A stretch of 29,186 nucleotides of DNA from Candidatus Omnitrophota bacterium (GTDB lineage: Bacteria; Ratteibacteria; UBA8468; MWAK01): NCBI GenBank assembly GCA_043797665.1, contig JAZDPL010000013.1:1-29186 (forward strand), read 5' to 3'. Positions 1 through 6,400 of the stretch are shown here, one piece after another (position 1 is the first letter of the stretch; each line of letters begins with the position of its first letter). The notes beneath the pieces are model-generated. The model had not been told where the DNA came from, did not search any database, and saw nothing but the letters and a program-made list of their open reading frames with translations. A program made the position numbers and the translations under genes.

Positions 1-359
1 TTGAGGGTAACAACGTAGGTGGTGCCTACCTTGCCGATGGTGCCGGAGAATACCTTCCGGGCACCCAGGAGTCTTCCCGCCTTTATCACGCACTCAGTTG
101 AGGTACAGCCGGATAGTTGGAACTTCTGTTCCTTCAGGATTGTTTCCATGCTCTCCCGGGTGAGAAGGCGGTAGAGGCCTGCCTTGTGCAGGGAGGAGCG
201 TAAGGAGTCGGAGAGGAGGTTGGCGGTTCGCTGGTCAATGCCAATCTGTGCCTCTAAATCAAGGACCGCGGCGGTGAACTTCTCTTCAGAAAAAGAAGAC
301 CGGGGTATAACGAATGAAACGGCTAAAAAGAGAGCAATAATCCGGATTTTTTCTTTCAT
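1..359 (-). CDS. Secreted CsgG/DUF2380-like domain protein, 5' part only (runs off the window edge); paralog of 2855-4186
   Basis: Translated by hand, not in the ORF track. ATG at 359 gives MKEKIRIIALFLAVSFVIPRSSFSEEKFTAAVLDLEAQIGIDQRTANLLSDSLRSSLHKAGLYRLLTRESMETILKEQKFQLSGCTSTECVIKAGRLLGARKVFSGTIGKVGTTYVVTL..., clearly homologous to the N-terminal domain of 2855-4186. Signal-peptide-like N-terminus. Confidence 0.8.
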   Translation of the reverse strand, partial: MKEKIRIIALFLAVSFVIPRSSFSEEKFTAAVLDLEAQIGIDQRTANLLSDSLRSSLHKAGLYRLLTRESMETILKEQKFQLSGCTSTECVIKAGRLLGARKVFSGTIGKVGTTYVVTL

Positions 360-379
360 ATTTTTATTTTACCATATTT

Positions 380-2722
380 TTAGTGCATAAAGAAAAGTAA
401 GACAGCCAGGCCGATAAAAAACAGACCGGTAAGAACCTTAACCATTACCAGTCTTTTCTCCCCAAACCTGGAAAGTCTTTCCCAGCCGGTCCCAAAATAA
501 ACCAGAAAGAACACCAGGACAAGGGGCAGAATAAAGAGCAGGTTGTAAAGAACAAGATACAGGTAAGCCTTTTTTGCCAGGGAAGGCTCGCTGATGATAA
601 AAGTAATCGTGGGAAGATATACCTGACCGGTACATATTGATTCTAAGAAAGAAACAATAAATCCCGCCAAAAAGATGCTGCCTGCCAGTCCTTTCACGCC
701 TACTTTTTCTCTCATAATCCGGTGCATCTTATATTTGATGCTTTTTGGCAGTTGCAGAGTAATGGATGAGGTCTTTCCGGTCCGGCTGAATAGATAGGCG
801 TCTTTGAGGCTTATTATCCCCAGAAGAAAAACAAAAGATGCTATTCCATAAAAGATAATTTCGGAAACAATCTTCACTTGAAAAACGGTCCTTATTCCCC
901 AGAAAAGCCCTATCCCCAGGAACAAATAGGCAAAAAAGACACCGAGAGAAAAGGACAGTCCGGCAATAAGGATTTCCTTTTTCTTTCTTTTAAACAGGCT
1001 CAGCAAGGAGACAAGAAAGACGATGGCGGCAAAGGCGCAGGGGTTTATTCCATCCAAAAAGCCGGCAAACATAACCGCCGGTACGCTGAATTTCCGGAAC
1101 CGGCGGATAATTTTTTCTCGGGAATGAGGGGTAGTAGACGGTTTGACGCCTTCAGGCAAAAGGACTAATTCCTTTTCTATTACCCGGTCCAGGTTTTCTT
1201 TAATCTCTCGATACCCTGAAAGATAAGAACCTCCAACAAAAACCTCTATCGGAGCGGTCTTTTTGACATTATGCTTATCCTCCAGTTCCACAAGTCTGGC
1301 GTAGTTCTCCTCTTTACTGATATCAAGTTCCTTCATCGAAATCCTTGAACCGTACCTCAGTCTTATCTGTGGGATGATCTCCTCTTTTACTTTTCTACAG
1401 GTCCGGCAATTGGGTGAGAAGAAGAACAAAACCTCAATCCGCACGGAAGAAGGTGCTTTTGGGTAAGGAACCCTCAGAACCTCGCCTTTAACCGGGATCT
1501 TTGCCAGCTGATTCTCCGGGTCATTGGTCTGAAGAAAGACCGTATAAGAGAATTTTCCCGGAATATTCTCCGGTGTAAACCTGAGGCTGAGATTTCCAGT
1601 CTCGCTGGGAACAAGGGTCTCCTTATCAAGTTTTGCGGTCAAACAATCACAGGAACTTCTTACCTTGGAAATTACCAGGGTTTGGGAACCGATATTTTTA
1701 ATGGTCATCTCTTTGGTCAGGATTTTGCCTTCCGGGATTGAGCCGACATCCCATTCTGTCCTTAAGACCTGGAGCGTTGGCCCCCAAATATCCGTCTTCT
1801 TTTTCGGGGTTGATGCCTCTTTCTTCGCTAATTCCTCCTTAAAGTTCTTGATTAACAAAGAGATTTCCCCGTCGTCAGAGATGGTTAGTGTAAGAGGGAT
1901 GACTTTCCCTTCACAAGAAGTTATCCTTTTGTTTTCATCAAGGGATAATTTCAGTTCGCCGAGGTTTTCGCTATTTTTGCCTGCCTGGACAATAATCGTC
2001 TGGCCAATCCGGACCGGTTCCGGCAGGAGGGTCTGGTCATGGCCACCCACAATAACATCTATCCCGGCCACTTCTTTAGCCAACCTTTCATCCTCTTCGT
2101 AGCCCAGATGGGAAAGAACCACAATCAAATCAACCCTGCCCTTAATCTTCTCTATTATCCTTCTGACTGTTTCTACCGGGTCCAAAATCTTCAAACCCTC
2201 TATCTGTTCCCTGGGGAAGAAAAAGAAGGCTTTTGGAGATGTCAAACCGATAATGGCAACCTTGATGCCGGAGAACTCTTTGATAATATAATGCCGGGTA
2301 AAGTAATTACCCGTCTTTTCGTCAACAATGGTGGCGGAAAGGAAGGGGAATTTCGCCTTGGCTATTACCTCTCTGATAAATTCCTGACCGTAAAGAAACT
2401 CCTGGTCCCCCAGGGCAACCGCGTCATACTTCAGAAGGTTCATACCTTCTACAACGCAGAAAGCCCTTTCTTTTTCCGCCAGCACCGGGAAAAAATCCCC
2501 GGAATCCAGAAGGAGGACGTTCTTTTCTTTCTGCCGGTATTCCTTGACCAGGGTCGCCCGCCTTGGTAAGCCTCCAAAGAGACGGTTCGGGCAGGTCGGG
2601 CAAGCCTCAATGTAGCCGTTGGTGGAGTTGGTGTGGAGTATGGTGAGAGAAGTGTTTTCCGAATGCGCGTTTGCGCTGAATAAGAGAAGAATAAAAAACG
2701 GAATTATTGCGATTTTCTTCAT
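380..2722 (-). CDS. Fusion protein: signal peptide + 5'-nucleotidase/UshA-like metallophosphoesterase N-domain + DUF1573-like Ig domain + thioredoxin-like CxxC domain + CcdA/DsbD-like transmembrane domain
   Basis: Motifs LHTN..G, LLLDSGD, VVLSHLG, IVGGH; VRSSCDC; FFSPNCRTC; DGINPCAF...ESICTGQVYLP with multiple hydrophobic helices. Start moved to the ATG at 2722 (MKKIAII) because the ORF-track start at 2782 lies inside a repeat. Confidence 0.75.
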   Translation of the reverse strand: MKKIAIIPFFILLLFSANAHSENTSLTILHTNSTNGYIEACPTCPNRLFGGLPRRATLVKEYRQKEKNVLLLDSGDFFPVLAEKERAFCVVEGMNLLKYDAVALGDQEFLYGQEFIREVIAKAKFPFLSATIVDEKTGNYFTRHYIIKEFSGIKVAIIGLTSPKAFFFFPREQIEGLKILDPVETVRRIIEKIKGRVDLIVVLSHLGYEEDERLAKEVAGIDVIVGGHDQTLLPEPVRIGQTIIVQAGKNSENLGELKLSLDENKRITSCEGKVIPLTLTISDDGEISLLIKNFKEELAKKEASTPKKKTDIWGPTLQVLRTEWDVGSIPEGKILTKEMTIKNIGSQTLVISKVRSSCDCLTAKLDKETLVPSETGNLSLRFTPENIPGKFSYTVFLQTNDPENQLAKIPVKGEVLRVPYPKAPSSVRIEVLFFFSPNCRTCRKVKEEIIPQIRLRYGSRISMKELDISKEENYARLVELEDKHNVKKTAPIEVFVGGSYLSGYREIKENLDRVIEKELVLLPEGVKPSTTPHSREKIIRRFRKFSVPAVMFAGFLDGINPCAFAAIVFLVSLLSLFKRKKKEILIAGLSFSLGVFFAYLFLGIGLFWGIRTVFQVKIVSEIIFYGIASFVFLLGIISLKDAYLFSRTGKTSSITLQLPKSIKYKMHRIMREKVGVKGLAGSIFLAGFIVSFLESICTGQVYLPTITFIISEPSLAKKAYLYLVLYNLLFILPLVLVFFLVYFGTGWERLSRFGEKRLVMVKVLTGLFFIGLAVLLFFMH

Positions 2723-2762
2723 CTCTGTAAAAAATTTCGCCCTGCTTACGCCGGACAAAAGT

Positions 2763-2812
2763 GTAGGGGCTTGATTCATCAAGCCCGCGGGTCGGATGAA
2801 TCCGACCCCTAC
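2763..2812. repeat. Family A (GTAG REP-like doublet), 50 nt, intergenic
   Basis: GTAGGGGCTTGATTCATCAAGCCC-GC-GGGTCGGATGAATCCGACCCCTAC: two hairpins with terminal GTAGGGG/CCCCTAC inverted ends. Confidence 0.9.
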
Positions 2813-2824
2813 TATAAAAATTCG

Positions 2825-2841
2825 GCCCTACTGCGCAGGGC
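2825..2841 (-). other. GCA-loop hairpin just downstream of putative DGR variable region 1
   Basis: Minus strand GCCCTGC-GCA-GTAGGGC, 13 nt after the stop codon, preceded by TTACCCTT and followed by AATTTTT. Confidence 0.55.
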
Positions 2842-2854
2842 AAAGGGTAATGAG

Positions 2855-4186
2855 TTACGGCGACGAGACGCAGCGAAACCCGAAGTCGCGTTGCCTGACC
2901 GCCGGGCCGCAGTTGACGCGATCGGCAGACCGGCAGCAAAAGGCAGAGTAGCACCAGGCGCCGCCGCGCATAACACGGTAACTGCCAGTAGGAGGACCCT
3001 CCGGGTCTATCTGGAGAGCGGTCGGGTATTCTCCATACCAGTCTGAACACCACTCCCAGACATTGCCGTGCATGTCATAGAGACCGAAGGCGTTGGGAGA
3101 AAAACTCCCTACTGGGGTCGTCTCTTTCCGGTTTTTCCGGAATAAACCTTTGTAAAAGTTTGCCTGGTCTAAACTGAGACTATCTCCATAGTGGAAGGCA
3201 GTGGTTGTTCCGGCCCGGCAGGCATACTCCCATTCGGCTTCAAAGGGTAATCGGAAACCTCCACCCGAGATGAGTTGGTTGAGTCGGCCAAGGAATTCCT
3301 GGCAGTCATTCCAAGAGACCATTTCTACCGGGTTTCTGGCTCCTTTGAAGTAACTGGGGTTGTTACCCATAATCGCTTCCCATTGCTCCTGGGTTACCTC
3401 ATACTTACCAAGGTAAAAGGACTTGGTTATTCTGACAGTATGCTGGATTTCGTCATTCCCTCTCCCTTCTTCTGAGGCTGGAGAACCCATCAGGAATTCC
3501 CCTGGCGGGATGAGGACCATCTCCATCTTTACGCCTTTGCCTAAATCTATGGAGATTTCCTTCTTTTCAGGGGCGGGTTGGATGAATCCAACCCCTACAT
3601 TTGGAATTTGTTGACTTGGTGAAACTATGGTTTCCGATGGTAATCCACACACCTTTTTGGCAATATTTCTGATAGAAACAAGCAAGCTGTCTTCTTCGCA
3701 CTTGGCACATTCCTCTTCTTCTATCTTCTCTATCTCTCCGGTCTCAACACTGAAGAGTTTCAGGGTTACCACATAGGTGGCGCCTACCTTACCGATGGTG
3801 CCACTGAACATCTTCTGGACGCTCAGGAGTTTTCCCACTTCAACCACGCACTCCTGGGAGGTGCAGCCGGAGAGCATGGTCTTCTGCTCTTTCAGAATAT
3901 CCTCCATATTCTCCCGGCTTAAGAGCCGGTAGGTACCTATCTTGTAGAGGGAGGCACGCAGGGAATCAGAGAGGATTCTGCTTACAGAAGCGGTTACGCC
4001 CTGCTCTGCTGAAAGGTCAATGACTGCCGCGGTGGGTTTCTCCTGTTTCTCCTGACTATAGGAATAAAAAGAAGAGAAGGTGGTGGTAAAAAGGAGAGAG
4101 AGAAAGAATATCCTGCCATAGGGACGCAGCAACACGATGGTTTTTGTCGTTCCTATCCAGAATGGCATAAAAACCAGAAGTGTCAA
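2855..4186 (-). CDS. CsgG-like domain + FGE-sulfatase (SUMF1/CLec-fold) domain protein; candidate DGR target; true start uncertain
   Basis: MVLIPPGEFLMGS, GKYEVTQEQW, FRLPFEAEWEYACRAG, PNAFGLYDMHGNVWEWC, RGGAW...GFRC motifs. The 5' end overlaps a vapC remnant in another frame. Confidence 0.85.
   Translation of the reverse strand: MTLLVFMPFWIGTTKTIVLLRPYGRIFFLSLLFTTTFSSFYSYSQEKQEKPTAAVIDLSAEQGVTASVSRILSDSLRASLYKIGTYRLLSRENMEDILKEQKTMLSGCTSQECVVEVGKLLSVQKMFSGTIGKVGATYVVTLKLFSVETGEIEKIEEEECAKCEEDSLLVSIRNIAKKVCGLPSETIVSPSQQIPNVGVGFIQPAPEKKEISIDLGKGVKMEMVLIPPGEFLMGSPASEEGRGNDEIQHTVRITKSFYLGKYEVTQEQWEAIMGNNPSYFKGARNPVEMVSWNDCQEFLGRLNQLISGGGFRLPFEAEWEYACRAGTTTAFHYGDSLSLDQANFYKGLFRKNRKETTPVGSFSPNAFGLYDMHGNVWEWCSDWYGEYPTALQIDPEGPPTGSYRVMRGGAWCYSAFCCRSADRVNCGPAVRQRDFGFRCVSSP
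3573..3598. repeat. Family A half element, in-frame in the interdomain linker (encodes VGVGFIQPA)
   Basis: Minus strand GTAGGGGTTGGATTCATCCAACCCGC; TTGG/CCAA compensatory variant of TCGG/CCGA. Confidence 0.85.
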
Positions 4187-4196
4187 TGAATATCAT
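4056..4196 (-). pseudogene. vapC: Truncated PIN-domain (VapC-like) toxin
   Basis: ATG immediately follows the antitoxin stop (TAG ATG). It reads MIFIDTSGFYAILDRNDKNHRVAASLWQDILS..., a typical PIN N-terminus, then runs out of frame into the FGE gene leader and stops after 46 aa. Confidence 0.75.
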
Positions 4197-4463
4197 CTAA
4201 GATATGTCCTCGGTCAGATATTGATCGTGTTCTTCTGAGACATCTTTTCTACCTGAAGAAAACCTGCCAACCGCCTCCATCGCTTTTTGTCTCTTACCTT
4301 CCCAATCTATCCCTTTTTCAATCACCAAATCCACTCCCTTTCTTATCAATTCAGAAACAGAGGCATCCATTTCCTTTGATATTTCTTTAAGTTTCTTTGT
4401 TTGAAATGGCATCAACTGAACCTGCATTCTCTCCATATTTCCGCTTCTTCTCGGCGCACTCAT
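4197..4463 (-). CDS. CopG/ribbon-helix-helix antitoxin-like protein
   Basis: MERMQVQL...SVSELIRKGVD...GRFSSGRKDVSEEHDQYL. GGAGG RBS upstream of the ATG at 4463; directly upstream of the PIN remnant. Confidence 0.8.
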   Translation of the reverse strand: MSAPRRSGNMERMQVQLMPFQTKKLKEISKEMDASVSELIRKGVDLVIEKGIDWEGKRQKAMEAVGRFSSGRKDVSEEHDQYLTEDIS

Positions 4464-4481
4464 ATTTCCACCTCCACATCT

Positions 4482-4521
4482 ATTATACATTATGATGGCA
4501 TAAAAATCAATTATACCATCA
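4482..4521 (-). promoter_or_regulatory. Sigma-70-like promoter overlapped by an inverted-repeat operator of the TA module
   Basis: Minus strand TTGATT-17-TATAAT (4510-4505 and 4487-4482). Inverted repeat TGATGGCATAA-N7-TTATACCATCA (4493-4521) straddles the -35. Confidence 0.65.
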
Positions 4522-4552
4522 TTAAACATTATTTTCAAAAAATTAGCGCGAC

Positions 4553-4565
4553 CCGCCTGCGGCAG
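4553..4565 (-). other. GCA-loop hairpin downstream of putative DGR variable region 2
   Basis: Minus strand CTGCC-GCA-GGCGG, preceded by TTACCCTT and followed by AATTTTTT, the same context as 2825-2841. Confidence 0.5.
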
Positions 4566-4585
4566 AAGGGTAAAAGAATAAAGGA

Positions 4586-4612
4586 CCTGCCCCTGCATGC
4601 ATTAAGCAGGAG
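4586..4612. repeat. 27-nt mini hairpin element (family F)
   Basis: CCTGCCCCTGCATGCATTAAGCAGGAG; 20/27 identical to 13724-13750. Confidence 0.65.
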
Positions 4613-5167
4613 TTATGGAGTCCTCGCGCAACGGAAACCAAGGAAGTCGTTCCTGCCGCCCGGGTCGCCCCAGCCGCGGGACGCAGAACGGCAGCCCCCG
4701 GCGTCGCCGAACCAACCACCGCCACGAAGAACTCTATAGTTACCTGAACCTGGTCCTTCCGGGTCGATCTGGGAAGCGGTCGGGTATCCTTCTTTATACC
4801 AGTCTGAGCACCATTCCCACACATTGCTCCTGGGTTACCTCATACTTACCAAGGTGAAAGGACTTGGTTATTCTGACTGTATGCCGGGTTTCGTCATTCC
4901 CTCTCCCTTCTTCTGAGGCCGGAGAGCCCATCAGGAACTCCCCTGGCGGGATGAGGACCATCTCCATCTTTACACCCTTGCCTAAGTCTATGGTTATCTC
5001 CTACCGGTTGGGGTAGAAACCCTTGATGGAACTATTGATTCACCCGGTGTTTCAGATATCAGGTCAAGGACTGCCGCGGTGGGTTTCTCTAATTTCTCCT
5101 GACTATAGGAATAAAGAGGAGAGAAGGCGATGGTAAAGAGGAGGGCTACCGCTATCGTATAAGGCAT
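4613..5167 (-). pseudogene. Degraded paralog of the CsgG/FGE-sulfatase gene
   Basis: Same YSYSQEK.EKPTAAV.DL leader, but the CsgG-like domain is missing and there is a frameshift near 5000. About 160 nt (4823-4993) are highly similar to 3381-3552. A ~320-nt internal deletion joins two GCAATG microhomologies. The FGE C-terminus is intact. Confidence 0.8.
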
Positions 5168-5171
5168 TCTT

Positions 5172-5198
5172 GATTCTTCGCTCCTGCTCGGAATGACA
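5172..5198. repeat. Family B half element
   Basis: GATTCTTCGCTCCTGCTCGGAATGACA resembles the right arm of family B. Confidence 0.7.
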
Positions 5199-5204
5199 GG
5201 GTAC

Positions 5205-6314
5205 TCAAGGTACAAGAATTTTGTCAACGTTAACGTGTTCTTTGACTAACTTTCGGGCAATCTCTATCTTCTGGCAGTCGTCCTCTCTGATTTTGACGAT
5301 TAAGTCGTGTACCCGGGAGGCAACCGTATAAGTATTCTCCCGGCTTACCAGAACAGGGATGGGTGTATTCCTGATCAGTTCCACGATGGTCTTATGCGGT
5401 CTTATCCCACCGGTCAGAATAAGACCCGAGATGTGCGGCTCATCAGCCTTTTTGGTCATTACCAGACTCAGTGCAGTCAAAATAAGGTCTTCCCGGTCCC
5501 CGGAGGTAATCAGTAATGACCCGTTTTTAATGTACTGTAAGGCATTATGAGGGAACATCGCACCCACAACTTTACCCCGCACCTTCTGGTTTAGACACCT
5601 CGCACCGCTGAGCAGAGCCAAACCCAGACCGTCCTTAATCTGGCCCATGGTGGAAGTAGACAGGGGTTCGGTGTACGGAATCATACCCAGAAGAGTAATC
5701 CCTTTTCTACCCAAACCGATTCGGAGGTACTTCTCTAATTCTTCCTTCTTCTCCGGGTCAACCTTATTGATAATTACCCCGGCTAATTTTACGCCTTCCC
5801 GGTCAAAGAGGGCTTTATTCAGCATAATCTCATCAATCGCCTTTCCGATACCGCCGGCGGTAATCAGAACTACTGACGCTCCCAGTATCCGGGCTACCAC
5901 CGCGTTGTTGAGGTCAAAAACCGAACCGACACCGGCGTGGCCGGTCCCTTCAATAATAACAACCTCTTTCCCTTTAGCACATTTCGCATAGGAACTTTTG
6001 ATGGCGTTGATTAAATCTTTCAACCGGTATCGCCGGTCCAGGTACTCCCTGGTAAACTCCCTCTCCACCGTAATCGGGTTCATCTTTTTCAAGAGGTCGT
6101 TCCCGATTCCCAGGATGCGGGAAGCCAGGATGGCATCCTTGTCAATCTTCTCACCGTTTACCTCAAGGTACTTCTGACCCACCGGCTTGATGAACCCAAC
6201 CTCACCGATGGTCTCCTTGAAGTACGCTAAGAGACCAATTCCTACCATCGTCTTGCCGTCGTTCTGCCTGGTCGCGGCTAAAAAAATTCTCTTCTCTTTT
6301 TGTCGAGTAGACAC
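5205..6314 (-). CDS. Phosphotransacetylase N-terminal-like protein (BioD/CobQ-like P-loop + DRTGG domain), no catalytic PTA domain
   Basis: AATRQNDGKT, GFIKPVG, IIEGTGHAGVG, LLITSGDREDL, LILTGG. GTG at 6314 with a GAGAGG RBS; the longer ORF-track start runs through a repeat and acsV. Confidence 0.8.
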   Translation of the reverse strand: MSTRQKEKRIFLAATRQNDGKTMVGIGLLAYFKETIGEVGFIKPVGQKYLEVNGEKIDKDAILASRILGIGNDLLKKMNPITVEREFTREYLDRRYRLKDLINAIKSSYAKCAKGKEVVIIEGTGHAGVGSVFDLNNAVVARILGASVVLITAGGIGKAIDEIMLNKALFDREGVKLAGVIINKVDPEKKEELEKYLRIGLGRKGITLLGMIPYTEPLSTSTMGQIKDGLGLALLSGARCLNQKVRGKVVGAMFPHNALQYIKNGSLLITSGDREDLILTALSLVMTKKADEPHISGLILTGGIRPHKTIVELIRNTPIPVLVSRENTYTVASRVHDLIVKIREDDCQKIEIARKLVKEHVNVDKILVP

Positions 6315-6326
6315 TGTAACCTCTCT

Positions 6327-6400
6327 AATCCCCCTTCTCCCCCTTGCCAATCCTATGGCAAGTGCACCCGCCTTTACAAAAGGGGGATTGAGGGGAATTT
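6327..6400. repeat. Family D element (CCCCCT...AAAGGGGG) with a nested CGGGT-hairpin insert at 6342-6370
   Basis: Minus strand AAATTCCCCTCAATCCCCCTTTTGTAAAGG[CGGGTGCACTTGCCATAGGATTGGCAAGG]GGGAGAAGGGGGATT. Confidence 0.8.

Noticed and set aside
2731..2760. Second degenerate hairpin + AATTTTTT motif downstream of the FGE gene
   Set aside because: It resembles 2816-2845, but the stem is mismatched and too short to support a separate call.
2723..2782. ORF-track N-terminal extensions (also 4464-4598, 6315-6497, 20386-20436, 27546-27566, 28105-28125)
   Set aside because: These starts lie in or run through repeats. Downstream starts have better RBSs or match the family N-termini.
2855..4186. Catalytic formylglycine-generating enzyme
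   Set aside because: It lacks the canonical catalytic Cys motif context and there is no sulfatase nearby. The cysteines fall at putative variable positions.
4613..4726. Second FGE 3' end as the DGR template repeat for 2855-2968
   Set aside because: It is not AAC-rich, and most mismatches between the two copies are not at adenines. Both look like products rather than templates.
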